DNA of 62,912 nucleotides, the filler included, from Octopus bimaculoides (Eukaryota): NCBI RefSeq assembly GCF_001194135.2. It is 5 parts of 5 records of this genome, joined end to end, with 100 filler letters (N's around TTAATTAATTAA, not from the genome) between each part and the next. Parts side by side here need not be neighbours in the genome. Positions count along the whole stretch, not along the records: positions 1 to 31,613 come from NC_068992.1; 4 more parts are not named here. The stretch is one strand, 5' to 3'. Shown one piece after another: positions 12,978 through 25,870 of this stretch (the stretch's first letter is position 1; every line of letters begins with the position of its first letter). Made by a program: the position numbers and the translations under genes. The notes under the pieces are model-generated. The model ran no database searches. It saw only the letters and a program-made list of their open reading frames with translations, and had not been told where the DNA came from.

Positions 12978-13201
12978 TGAGCGTGTGAATGTGTGTGTGC
13001 GTATGTGTGTTTACATACTTATATAGTTTTGACATTTTATTATATTTTAATTATATTTTATCATTAAAAAAATACTTATTAATACTGTATAGTTAGTTAT
13101 CTAACCTCTAGATTTTTATCTGACAAAATTCTTCTCACTTCCTTTCATTCATTACAAAAGATTTATGACTGAGCATCGTGCTAGACTTTACACTAACCGA
13201 C

Positions 13202-13251
13202 TATCATCATCAACATCATCATCAACATCATCATCATCATCATCATCATCC

Positions 13252-13289
<38 letters not shown>

Positions 13290-13476
13290 GCCATCATCGC
13301 CATCATCGCCAGCATCATCATCATCATCATCATCATCATCAACTTCGCCATAATCAACAGCACCATCATCATTATCAGCAGCAGCTCCATCATTATATTA
13401 CCATCGACGTCCTGCTCATCATCATTAACATTGTCATCGTAGTCGTCATCATCCTCATCATCATAACCACCATCAA

Positions 13477-13536
<60 letters not shown>
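13202..13536. repeat. Compound (CAT)n / (ATT)n microsatellite
   Basis: Read directly; source of the poly-His/Ser/Met ORFs. Confidence 0.95.
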
Positions 13537-13537
<1 letters not shown>

Positions 13538-15684
13538 TTCATTTTGTATCAAAATGAAATTGCTTTAGAAATAAAACTAAAGCAGCGAAATAGGAAATTG
13601 TATGATGATTTCCATTCATGTAAGTGCAATTCGGTGTCAACTTTAAGAAGATTTTTAGAGGTAGGTCATTCGTACATTTGCAATGGAATAGTTTAGATAT
13701 TGATTTAGATTGAGTTGAATGACAGATCAGCAGAGATCATATATCATAAGAATATTGAAATGAAGCAGCCTCCCTTGTGGTTTCACTGTCTGACACTGCT
13801 TCAATGAAATAATCAAATTACCAAACACTTTTCTGTATGTATGCGTACCTGTGTATGTATGACGTATGTATGTATCTAGGTATGTGTATATGTATGTATG
13901 TATGTATGTATCAATGTATATATCTGTGTGTGGATATGTATGTACATACGTACGTGTGTAAATATATATGCGTGTGTGCATATATGTGTGTGTATATATA
14001 TATATAGGTGTGTGTGTGCGTGCGTGTGTGTGTACATATATGCATAAACTGTTTCATATATATGTATAAGTATATATATATATATATATATAATGATTCA
14101 TTCACACACATATATATATATATACTTATATCAGATATGTGCGTTTATATACATATATATATTTATTTACACATATACGAGAGTATATGTATGTATATAC
14201 GTATATATATGTATGTATATATATGTATATATATGTATATACATATATATATNNNNNNNNNNNNNNNNNNNNNNNNNNNNNNNNNNNNNNNNNNNNNNNN
14301 NNNNNNNNNNNNNNNNNNNNNNNNNNNNNNNNNNNNNNNNNNNNNNNNNNNNNNNNNNNNNNNNNNNNNNNNNNNNNNNNNNNNNNNNNNNNNNNNNNNN
14401 NNNNNNNNNNNNNNNNNNNNNNNNNNNNNNNNNNNNNNNNNNNNNNNNNNNNNNNNNNNNNNNNNNNNNNNNNNNNNNNNNNNNNNNNNNNNNNNNNNNN
14501 NNNNNNNNNNNNNNNNNNNNNNNNNNNNNNNNNNNNNNNNNNNNNNNNNNNNNNNNNNNNNNNNNNNNNNNNNNNNNNNNNNNNNNNNNNNNNNNNNNNN
14601 NNNNNNNNNNNNNNNNNNNNNNNNNNNNNNNNNNNNNNNNNNNNNNNNNNNNNNNNNNNNNNNNNNNNNNNNNNNNNNNNNNNNNNNNNNNNNNNNNNNN
14701 NNNNNNNNNNNNNNNNNNNNNNNNNNNNNNNNNNNNNNNNNNNNNNNNNNNNNNNNNNNNNNNNNNNNNNNNNNNNNNNNNNNNNNNNNNNNNNNNNNNN
14801 NNNNNNNNNNNNNNNNNNNNNNNNNNNNNNNNNNNNNNNNNNNNNNNNNNNNNNNNNNNNNNNNNNNNNNNNNNNNNNNNNNNNNNNNNNNNNNNNNNNN
14901 NNNNNNNNNNNNNNNNNNNNNNNNNNNNNNNNNNNNNNNNNNNNNNNNNNNNNNNNNNNNNNNNNNNNNNNNNNNNNNNNNNNNNNNNNNNNNNNNNNNN
15001 NNNNNNNNNNNNNNNNNNNNNNNNNNNNNNNNNNNNNNNNNNNNNNNNNNNNNNNNNNNNNNNNNNNNNNNNNNNNNNNNNNNNNNNNNNNNNNNNNNNN
15101 NNNNNNNNNNNNNNNNNNNNNNNNNNNNNNNNNNNNNNNNNNNNNNNNNNNNNNNNNNNNNNNNNNNNNNNNNNNNNNNNNNNNNNNNNNNNNNNNNNNN
15201 NNNNNNNNNNAAGAGGGCATAGCTTCTCTTTCGAGCATGTCACATTAAAAGTGGCTCTCCTACTTTTCACTGTACATTTGGCGCTCTTTTGTGAAGTGAG
15301 AACATAAAAGCCTAAAATACAAACTGAATCGATTGTGCTCTAGTTTCAACAACTCCTTATAACCACTTTCACCTGTAGCTTCTGCCATTGAAGACAGTTT
15401 AAATAAGACATTTCTGTATTTCTCTATCTTTGGAGAGCGAATAATTATCGTCCTATTGGTGTGAACTGGTTATCTCTTAAAACCATTCAAATAACAGTTT
15501 ATTACGTAAGTGCACATGATTTTAGAATGATCTTGCTTACCATAACTGTATACGTCTACGTAGTGTTTGATAAGTCTTCCTTAACGAGATATCAAAGTAA
15601 TGGCTAAACATCCTTAAATTAACTATTAGGCCATATAATGTGCATAGGAAACTCGCGCGCGCGCGCAAATATATATTTCTATCA

Positions 15685-15838
15685 TCGCTACGTTCTGGTT
15701 CAAATTCCGCCGAGTTCGACTTGCCAGTTCGTCCTTTCGGAGTCGATAAATTAAGTGCCAGTGAAACACTGGGGTCGATGTAATCGACTTATACCCTCCC
15801 GAGAATTGCTGCCTTTGTGACAAAATTTGAGACCATTA
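15685..15838 (+). mobile_element. 5'-truncated CORE-type SINE
   Basis: GGTTCAAATTCCGCCGAG...GGAGTCGATAAATTAAGTGCCAGTG...CAAAATTTGAGACC followed by ATT/AGT repeats. Confidence 0.8.
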
Positions 15839-15845
15839 TTATTAT

Positions 15846-15879
<34 letters not shown>

Positions 15880-15979
15880 NNNNNNNNNNNNNNNNNNNNN
15901 NNNNNNNNNNNNNNNNNNNNNNNNNNNNNNNNNNNNNNNNNNNNNNNNNNNNNNNNNNNNNNNNNNNNNNNNNNNNNNN

Positions 15980-16417
15980 TATGTGCGCGACATGGTGATC
16001 TTATATCAAGATAAACAGCGCATGACCTTCCAGGTGGGACCCAGTTATAATTTTCTTCGGGTCAAGTAACCCATTCCGCTCAAAAGGTCCTTGAATAAGG
16101 GTAGTTTAAGGACGTTGAGCGAAGCAACTATGTTTCCAGGGGTGACTTAATCAAACCACAAAGAATTCATCTCAACACATCATTATGATACTCCCCCATT
16201 ACTTTTGCTCGTGATCAGAGATGAACATATCGTCAGCCATCAAGGGACACGCTCAACTGGTTAAGGTCAAACAACTGACAAGCAAATCTGTGTTATTGAG
16301 TAGAATATATTTGCTGTTGCCCATCTTTTATGCTAACACAAAACAATGTACATGATAACACTTCCAATCAGTTAAGATCAGAAGCCATGAGAGCCAATGT
16401 CTGGTACTGCATCAGGG

Positions 16418-16419
<2 letters not shown>
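15980..16419 (-). mobile_element. ATT-array-associated non-coding interspersed element (family A), copy 1
   Basis: Homologous to 42403-42950 and 31119-31338; ends ...GGTACTGCATCAGGGCA directly into (TTA)n. Strand inferred from the orientation of the TAA tail. Confidence 0.75.

Positions 16420-16513
<94 letters not shown>
16420..16513. repeat. (ATT)n microsatellite
   Basis: Read directly from the sequence. Confidence 0.95.
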
Positions 16514-17174
16514 GGCGACAAACATATCAGCTCTAATGATTAGATGTATTCTAATACCTTCCAAATGATGTTATAGGTTTTGATCTTTTTTATAGACAAG
16601 GTATATTTTGACAAATTTGTTTCAGTATATTCCTCTGGATATACTGTTGATTAAATCATTAGATGTAAATACTTTCACAAAATAAACGATCGATTTCGAA
16701 AGACATAAATCATTTATGGGCATTTTACAGGGTTAGAATAATTACACAAAGGGGAATAATTTGTAATAGCGGTCTACATATTTTTCTTTTTATTTATTCT
16801 TGCTACTTTTATTGGAAAATTTCATGTGCAGCTGAAACTTAATGTTATATTATTTCTATTATAAATTTTATTCCATTTATGATATTTGGGAAAACGTTTT
16901 TTCTAATATTTTTTTTAAAAAAACATGTTTAGCTATACGTCTATGTATATTTATGTAAAACGGAATATTAATCCAAACAATTATAAGTTTTTCAGCTTTC
17001 TCTGTCTGAGATATATCAGCATCATCACCATCGTTATCATCATCATCCTTATCCTCATCCTCATCATCATCATCATTACCGTCGTCATCGTCGTCATCGT
17101 CATCATCGTCGTCATCATCATCATTGTCGTCATCATCATCAGCGTTATCATCATCATCACCATTATCATTATGT

Positions 17175-17390
17175 TTTTTCTGACATCTTTATGTGATCTA
17201 TAAAAATCCTTTAAAAAGGCATACATTAATACACACACTTGTACATACACACTATACACCTTCTCATTGACATAGAAATGACACCGACATCTAGAATGTG
17301 AAATTGGTGCCTCGCATCTCACACTCGCAAAAAGACACACACGGAAGCAGGGATATATTAACAACCATACAGAAATGAATATTGTGAACA
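17175..17390 (+). repeat. 216-bp inverted repeat, left arm
   Basis: Its reverse complement matches 21838-22053 with 8 mismatches (counted by eye). Confidence 0.9.
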
Positions 17391-18572
17391 TAATAAGGAT
17401 TTGTTTTGTTGATAGAAAATATATCAGATGGAATCCGGTATTGTGTAATATTAACATTTTTTATTAGAATATTATTAATTCTTAAAGACATTAACTTATA
17501 TTTTGGCTTTCCAAATGGGTAATTCGTATTTATTAGATTCTAATTTTAAGTAATACATACAAAATTCATAACATGTAAGCTTCTATCAAAAATTTAAATA
17601 CCACAGAGATTTGTTACGAGTTTATCTCATTGCTGAACTTTCATATTACATGTAGCAATGACCCCGTCATCTCCATACAAACCGTGTAATACATTTTTGA
17701 ACTCATGAAAAAAAATGCAGAATATAATGGTCAGTAAGCTTCAACATTTTAGCATATATTTACATATTGGATTACACACGGTTACTGGTAGAGAAATAGT
17801 GCCAATCTTTTTTGTAGTTATCCCGTTGACTGTAATTGCTAGACAGCAATGATCTTTCATATATAATTATTTAGGCACCAGAATCATTGGCTAAAGTATG
17901 TCTCGGAGAAAACTGTTTATTTGTCTAGGAAATATATAGTTCTCAAAAAATATATTTCGATGATAGCTGTCCGGTGAGAATTATAAATATATTTATTAGA
18001 AAACGTATTAAAGAATTTACTGCAGAAGTACTGATATTCCGTAAGGTAAAGTTTGATTTAAGAATTCTATTTCAGAATTACAAAATATTTTACATGGTTG
18101 GCACGCGAATCAGTGTTGTGAAATAAACAAAATTTTCGCTCAGTTCAAATATTTTGGGGGCATGTTTGAACTGTAACTGTTAAAAGGCCATTCTCATTGT
18201 GGTTTGCCTTGGGGAAACATTCTGTCTTCACGCAAAAGTTGTAAAATCCTGAAGTTATTTTGAAGCGCCATCTACGAGGTAATGTGTTCTTTTGTGTTCT
18301 TCATACATTCGTCAGTGTTAGACAACAAGATTTCCAAAGATATTTGAACATATCAAAAAGCGTTCACAATACCACTTTTCGTTTCGACCATGTATTTTCG
18401 TCAGGACATGGGGCTGCAACACTATTTTCCCTACGAATTTGTACTGAATACTTATGAAGTAGTGAAGGCTTTCATTCATGTCGGAGTTGCCCCGTTTCTC
18501 CCTCTCTCTTATTTTCTAACTTTCTTTCTCTATCTATCACTATATCTATCCCAATTTGCATGTGTATATATA

Positions 18573-18686
18573 CAGGGTGTCCACAAGGTCTGGGTACATG
18601 GAGTAAATAAAATCATAACATAAACAATTAAATATAAGAAATAATAATTTCTTAAAGTATGTATTAATCCCCGTGTACCCAGACTT
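18573..18686. mobile_element. Tiny Tc1/mariner-type MITE, right end lost at gap
   Basis: TA-CAGGGTGTCCACAAGGTCTGGGTACA left TIR; partial right TIR TGTACCCAGACTT at 18674-86. Confidence 0.65.
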
Positions 18687-19436
18687 GATNNNNNNNNNNN
18701 NNNNNNNNNNNNNNNNNNNNNNNNNNNNNNNNNNNNNNNNNNNNNNNNNNNNNNNNNNNNNNNNNNNNNNNNNNNNNNNNNNNNNNNNNNNNNNNNNNNN
18801 NNNNNNNNNNNNNNNNNNNNNNNNNNNNNNNNNNNNNNNNNNNNNNNNNNNNNNNNNNNNNNNNNNNNNNNNNNNNNNNNNNNNNNNNNNNNNNNNNNNN
18901 NNNNNNNNNNNNNNNNNNNNNNNNNNNNNNNNNNNNNNNNNNNNNNNNNNNNNNNNNNNNNNNNNNNNNNNNNNNNNNNNNNNNNNNNNNNNNNNNNNNN
19001 NNNNNNNNNNNNNNNNNNNNNNNNNNNNNNNNNNNNNNNNNNNNNNNNNNNNNNNNNNNNNNNNNNNNNNNNNNNNNNNNNNNNNNNNNNNNNNNNNNNN
19101 NNNNNNNNNNNNNNNNNNNNNNNNNNNNNNNNNNNNNNNNNNNNNNNNNNNNNNNNNNNNNNNNNNNNNNNNNNNNNNNNNNNNNNNNNNNNNNNNNNNN
19201 NNNNNNNNNNNNNNNNNNNNNNNNNNNNNNNNNNNNNNNNNNNNNNNNNNNNNNNNNNNNNNNNNNNNNNNNNNNNNNNNNNNNNNNNNNNNNNNNNNNN
19301 NNNNNNNNNNNNNNNNNNNNNNNNNNNNNNNNNNNNNNNNNNNNNNNNNNNNNNNNNNNNNNNNNNNNNNNNNNNNNNNNNNNNNNNNNNNNNNNNNNNN
19401 NNNNNNNNNNNNNNNNNNNNNNNNNNNNNNNNNNNN

Positions 19437-19483
<47 letters not shown>

Positions 19484-19725
19484 GAAAGAGGAAGACAGAC
19501 ATAGAATAGAGGTTGCCTGAAGGTGACTGTGAAGTAAAAGGTGCAAGCTCTAGAAAGGGCAGGGCTACGATGGGTATCACTACTGGATTCAGGCAGCCTG
19601 GCCGGGTTGCCGGGGTGAAAGCACCCGATGTTGAAAGACACGAAAGACCTAATGACACATGCAAACATTACTGATCGTGTTTCTAGGTGTATCACAGGAT
19701 GTTTTATAGAGATACATATATATGT

Positions 19726-19804
<79 letters not shown>

Positions 19805-19808
19805 TACA

Positions 19809-20234
19809 CGTGGTTTGGTCAATACGTATCCGGACTTTCGGTATAGTAACGATGCTAGAGCATGCAGAGTGAAACTGCTTGGCCCAGATTGGCCTTAAAC
19901 GCTGCTATGCAGACGCATTAATTCTTAACGTTCTAGCTCACTTCCGCTGTTTACAACAGTGCTTAGAAAGAAGGTGTGCAGCGTGTGTAGCGTTTGATCT
20001 ACCTATGAGCAGATATCGGCATGAAAGTTTTCTCTGTCATGTTCAATGCGACGATCACACGCTACACACCTTCCTTTCAAACACTGCTGTAGATAGTAGA
20101 AGTGAGCTACAATGTTAAAACATAGCGCGCATGCACAGCAGAGATTAAATTCAATCATTACCAAGCGGCTTTACTGTGAGTGCTTTAGCTTCGTTACTAT
20201 ACCAACTGTCCGGATACTTATTGAACAGATCTCG
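19809..20234. mobile_element. Fold-back mariner-type MITE, 426 bp
   Basis: Outer arms (GGTCAATACGTATCCGGACTTTCGGTATAGTAACGATGCTAGAGCA / TGCTTTAGCTTCGTTACTATACCAACTGTCCGGATACTTATTGAAC) and inner arms (about 19934-19990 / 20052-20109) are reverse complements. TA on the right; CA (mutated TA) on the left. Confidence 0.85.
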
Positions 20235-20256
20235 TATATACAGTATACACACACAC

Positions 20257-20327
<71 letters not shown>

Positions 20328-21167
20328 NNNNNNNNNNNNNNNNNNNNNNNNNNNNNNNNNNNNNNNNNNNNNNNNNNNNNNNNNNNNNNNNNNNNNNNNN
20401 NNNNNNNNNNNNNNNNNNNNNNNNNNNNNNNNNNNNNNNNNNNNNNNNNNNNNNNNNNNNNNNNNNNNNNNNNNNNNNNNNNNNNNNNNNNNNNNNNNNN
20501 NNNNNNNNNNNNNNNNNNNNNNNNNNNNNNNNNNNNNNNNNNNNNNNNNNNNNNNNNNNNNNNNNNNNNNNNNNNNNNNNNNNNNNNNNNNNNNNNNNNN
20601 NNNNNNNNNNNNNNNNNNNNNNNNNNNNNNNNNNNNNNNNNNNNNNNNNNNNNNNNNNNNNNNNNNNNNNNNNNNNNNNNNNNNNNNNNNNNNNNNNNNN
20701 NNNNNNNNNNNNNNNNNNNNNNNNNNNNNNNNNNNNNNNNNNNNNNNNNNNNNNNNNNNNNNNNNNNNNNNNNNNNNNNNNNNNNNNNNNNNNNNNNNNN
20801 NNNNNNNNNNNNNNNNNNNNNNNNNNNNNNNNNNNNNNNNNNNNNNNNNNNNNNNNNNNNNNNNNNNNNNNNNNNNNNNNNNNNNNNNNNNNNNNNNNNN
20901 NNNNNNNNNNNNNNNNNNNNNNNNNNNNNNNNNNNNNNNNNNNNNNNNNNNNNNNNNNNNNNNNNNNNNNNNNNNNNNNNNNNNNNNNNNNNNNNNNNNN
21001 NNNNNNNNNNNNNNNNNNNNNNNNNNNNNNNNNNNNNNNNNNNNNNNNNNNNNNNNNNNNNNNNNNNNNNNNNNNNNNNNNNNNNNNNNNNNNNNNNNNN
21101 NNNNNNNNNNNNNNNNNNNNNNNNNNNNNNNNNNNNNNNNNNNNNNNNNNNNNNNNNNNNNNNNNNN

Positions 21168-21360
21168 TTTTTTTTTTAAGTTTCAGCTTAGAGCTGCGGC
21201 CATGCTGATGCACCACCGTGTTGCTACACTGTTATTACAGGGAGCCTCTTACAATATGTGGCACTTGGTGAAGAATGGAGTTTGATTTAGCAACCCTCAT
21301 TTGCACCTCCTGCCGCGAGGTAGGTTCATCTGGGACTCTCGATAGGAAGAGGTCCAACTA
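21168..21360 (-). mobile_element. CR1/L2-like LINE 3' end, 5'-truncated
   Basis: Minus frame LDLFLSRVPDEPTSRQEVQMRVAKSNSILHQV, then 3' UTR ending GGTGGTGCATCAGCATGGCCGCAGCTCTAAGCTGAAAC and an A-rich tail. Confidence 0.7.
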
Positions 21361-21470
21361 TGCATCAATGTGCAGTGAGCGTATGTGTCAATACAGATGC
21401 ATATCTGATGTTTTTAATGCGCTTGCTAAACTTATTTTTCGTGAAGGTGTTTTCTATTATAAGCATGTAT

Positions 21471-21830
21471 TTAGACACGTGAGTATATGCCTGTCTTGGA
21501 TATCAGAGTACGACGGTGTCTATACATGTCGGCGTCGAATTTAGTTTCTTCTTTGCTGAACAATTCTTTCATGGTAATGGCGTTGATGACTCTGTAGACC
21601 AAGTCTTGCAAAGAACTGATGGCATTGGCTACATGGTAATGTTCGATGGAGGACGAGGTTGATTTTACCAACATTTCTCTCCTGTCATTTGATTTCTTGC
21701 TTTTCTCTTCAGATGGTTTCGAAGATTTCCGTTCCGATCGTAATGGAGCACAGCCACTTGTTACCCTCTCGGGCTTGAATTTCAAACGATTTAGGCTCAA
21801 ATCCAGTGTAAAGCTTATTTTATCAGACAT
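21471..21830 (-). CDS. Orphan 119-aa ORF, unknown product
   Basis: ATG-initiated, non-repetitive, protein-like composition (Lys/Ser-rich basic segment then helical segment); starts 8 nt inside the right inverted repeat. No family recognised. Confidence 0.3.
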   Translation of the reverse strand: MSDKISFTLDLSLNRLKFKPERVTSGCAPLRSERKSSKPSEEKSKKSNDRREMLVKSTSSSIEHYHVANAISSLQDLVYRVINAITMKELFSKEETKFDADMYRHRRTLISKTGIYSRV

Positions 21831-21837
21831 CCATATG

Positions 21838-22053
21838 TGTTCACAATGTTCATTTCTGTATGGTTGTTAATATATCCCTGCTTCCGTGTGTGTCTTTTTG
21901 CGAGTGTGAGATGCGAGGCACCAATTCCACATTTTAGATGTCGGTGTCATTTCTATGTCAATGAGAAGGTGTATAGTGTGTATGTGAAAGTGTGTGTAAT
22001 AATGTATGCCTTTTTAAAGGATTTTAATAGATCACATAAATATGTCAGAAAAA
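21838..22053 (-). repeat. 216-bp inverted repeat, right arm
   Basis: See 17175-17390. Confidence 0.9.
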
Positions 22054-22199
22054 CAATTTTATGTACAATAACTTGAGACTATTAAAATAACGCTAAACTA
22101 CACACCGTCCAATCACTCTCCTGTAATATCTTCCATATCTTCCGTTCTTTTCTCTATGCAGATATATATGTTTGCATATGTATATTCGTACATCTATGT

Positions 22200-22506
22200 A
22201 GAGGTGGTGGTGTGGTAAGAAGTCTGCTTCCGAACCTCATGGTTCTGGGTTCAGACCGACTGCTGGGCACCTTGGTAAAGTATCTCTTCCAATATCCTCG
22301 AGCCAACCTAATCATTTTTAGTCAGTTTGGTGGACGAAAACTGAAAGAAGCCCGTCGTATATGTGTACGTTTGCATTTATGTTTGACCCCGTACCACTGC
22401 TTGACAACCGGAATTGGTATGTTTCTGTCCTCGTAATCATGTGGTTCGACAAAAGAAGCCAATAGAATAAGTTACAGGCTTCAAACAATCAGTACTGGGG
22501 TCGATT
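22200..22506 (+). mobile_element. tRNA-derived SINE with internal microsatellite
   Basis: GGTGTGGTAAGAAGTCTGCTTCC..GGTTCTGGGTTCAG head; AACTGAAAGAAGCCCGTCGTAT; TGCTTGACAACC; ACTGGGGTCGATTC. Confidence 0.8.
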
Positions 22507-23814
22507 CATATATATTTATGATAAGGGTGAAAAATTGAATATTAATTTGATTAATATCAATTTAAAACCCGTGGCCTAGAATATTGAAAAATATGAAGAT
22601 ACAGAAAAATGATATTACATATATATAAGAGGGATGACCACTAAGTGGACATCCATTATGCTAGATGTAGACCCCATATAGTCTGATCACTAAGATAAGA
22701 TTGTTCTCAAGAAAATTCAGCAAACGACAGAATGTAAGCGAGCAAGACAAATGAAAAAATACAAAATATAAAATATATATATATTTTGTATATTNNNNNN
22801 NNNNNNNNNNNNNNNNNNNNNNNNNNNNNNNNNNNNNNNNNNNNNNNNNNNNNNNNNNNNNNNNNNNNNNNNNNNNNNNNNNNNNNNNNNNNNNNNNNNN
22901 NNNNNNNNNNNNNNNNNNNNNNNNNNNNNNNNNNNNNNNNNNNNNNNNNNNNNNNNNNNNNNNNNNNNNNNNNNNNNNNNNNNNNNNNNNNNNNNNNNNN
23001 NNNNNNNNNNNNNNNNNNNNNNNNNNNNNNNNNNNNNNNNNNNNNNNNNNNNNNNNNNNNNNNNNNNNNNNNNNNNNNNNNNNNNNNNNNNNNNNNNNNN
23101 NNNNNNNNNNNNNNNNNNNNNNNNATATATATATATATATGAAGTGAGAGATGTAGGTAGATAGGTAGGTAGGTAGGTAGGTGTATACGTACGTACGTAC
23201 GTTCGTACGTAAGAATATGCATGTATATGTTTTAATCACAATTTTAGAGAATGTGTAGTGGACACAGCACCTTACTATTTCGATCAATAAAAAAATTATA
23301 TGCAATGGAACTTTACAAAATAAGGAGTAAATCCAAACTCTGCCAGTTATAGTGACAACCTCAACATGTGGCGTTATAATTTCAATCCCACAGCGAGACA
23401 CAAATTACTGAATAACTGCTATCATCTCCAAGCAACTGTTGAGAAATTTCACCAATTAGATAAATTAAAATAATGACGTTAGAAATTTTTCCAAAAGTCT
23501 CGTGTTTCAATTTTCTACTAACAAATTTCCTCACATATTTAAGGCTTTCTTTATAATTGCAAAACAGTTATTTCTCTAATTACAGTAACAGCTCATTTCT
23601 TGAAGGAAATTTGAAATTCCATTTTTAATGTTGATTTCAGGAATTTTGGCAAAATTTTTAAAGAATTTTACAATAGGAGTAATGTATTTTTGTAATCTTT
23701 TTAGGCCCAAATTTTATATTTAACATGAATGCCACAACATCACAGATACGACTCTCTTAATAACAGTTTTGAAAATGAATGCATCACCTGTTCATACACC
23801 TCTATAAATGACTG

Positions 23815-23980
23815 CCTACACACATACACATACACACGATTCAGTTTCCATCGACCAAATCCACTCACACGACTTTGGTCAGCCTGAGGCTTTAGTAGAA
23901 GATGTCTGCCCAAAGTGCGACACAGTAGGATTGAGCCCGGAACCATGTGCTTGAGAAGCAAACTTTTTTTACCACACATC
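23815..23980 (-). mobile_element. Same SINE family, head half
   Basis: Reverse complement of TGTGGTAAAAAAAGTTTGCTTCTCAAGCACATGGTTCCGGGCTCAATCC... Confidence 0.8.
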
Positions 23981-25021
23981 CAAACCTAGTCCGGCTTAAA
24001 AATTATAACGTTTCGTTCCATAGACTTTTCAAAGTCTATAAATAATAAACTACGATAAACATTAACACATATATCAGTAACTGCAGTAATTTAGGATCCT
24101 CGGAAAATGGATTCTATACAGAGTAAGAAGATCGGAGATTGTGAAAATGATCACTTCATAAAGGCAGAATCAGAATGATTAGTGAAAAGAAATTTTAAAT
24201 ATTTGCAGATAAAGGGATGCTATTACGGGACTTCAAAAATAATTTATAATGGTTCATAATAAATACTATAAATCATATTTGAACGATAGGTGGAAAAAAA
24301 ATATTAGATGTATTATATGTCTTTATGAGGAGTTTACTTTATGTCAGTAATAATAATTTTGAAGAAAATATACATAATTATATATAATTGTATATATATA
24401 ATAATATAATATAAATTATATTATATATCATAATATAATGCATTATACTATAATATAAATGTTATATTTGTATTGGCCGGTAGCTAAAATGAATAATTCA
24501 TGCAAATATAGTATATGGAAATTATATTATAGCGTAAAATACAATTTTACGTCTTTAAATATTTATTTACTTTATATTTTTTGTCGCAAAGTTTATAAAA
24601 CCTTTCGGTAAAATCGAACACCTTCTGACGTGAATTATTCCGAAGTTATTTCTTGTTGGTGCGTATAAAAATGACAATTTGTACTTATTAATGTGTCACT
24701 ATTTAAAATGTAGATCTTGAGATAATGCCTGATTATTAGAAATCAGACAGATATAAATTATTAATAAATATGATTATATTAACAGCTTTTGTGAAGGGAA
24801 AGCAATGTTTATTTTGTGCGTAACTGAATGCTTGTACGGAACTTGCAAAACTAAGAAAACTTATTGTTTAAATGTTTAGTTATTTTATATACAAAGGGGA
24901 AAGTAAATAATGACTTTTTTGTTAAAAGAAGACAGATTTGATATGTGTGAGTGTGTATTTTATGTACATATATGCACAAATGTATACATATATATATATA
25001 TATATATATGTATGAGCGTGT

Positions 25022-25071
<50 letters not shown>

Positions 25072-25082
25072 NNNNNNNNNNC

Positions 25083-25870
25083 TGAAAGCAAAACTTTCTA
25101 ATTCGTTCATATATTTCTTATATAATACAAATGACTGTGGTTTATTAGCTGATTGCAGCAATGTGTGTACATGAACTATTGAGAGCAACCGACATGTTTC
25201 AGAGTCATTAGATCTTCACAGCGAAATACATTTTCTTCAGTTGGCAAATCTAACAGTTACCTGTCTATCTATTTACTATTCTAAGCATGTAGTCTATTCG
25301 CTTAACAGGAATTTGGAGGAAACAATAGAAAATGCTAGAAATATCAGTGGAGCTAATGTTTAACGTTAAATGTTCAGCTTCTTTATACCAAAAACTCAAT
25401 CTTTAATTACAGCAGACAATTCAAGAAAAATAGAAACATTCAACATTGTCCATCAGAACATATCGTTATTGAGCCAAGACCCAAGAAACGGCACTTGAAT
25501 CATACAAAATAATCAAATGCAAATGGCAACCAAAGTGTTATAAATTTTAATCAGGACAAGTTATTACTGTGAAGAACCATTTTACCTGTTCTCAAATTAC
25601 TATATGTCCTCAAATCTAGTGGATGCAGAGAAGATTACATTGGACAAACTAAACTTGCATGGATGAGATTAAATATTTATCGTCAGCAAATACGTGATCC
25701 AAAAACTAGACAAATTCCACTTAGTGTCTGGACACTTGCGTGATAATCAAATCTCCCAAATTTCTTATCTTCCATTCTATTGATATGCAGACAATACTTC
25801 AGACCAAACGAGAATTAATAAGGTAAGTCTATTTACAAAAATACAAGCCACTGCTAAACAGGCTATAAAA
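25083..25870 (+). pseudogene. Penelope-like element ORF remnant with GIY-YIG endonuclease
   Basis: QVITVKNHFTCS then KLLYVLKSSGCREDYIGQTKLAWMRLNIYRQQIRDPKTRQIPLS (LLYV 25597-608, YIG 25636-644); multiple frameshifts upstream. Confidence 0.8.

Noticed and set aside
22655-22695. Further hammerhead remnant on the minus strand (GUGAUCA-GAC/GUC, G3:C8)
   Set aside because: GAAA and the GUH triplet need 3-4 changes; too degenerate to call.
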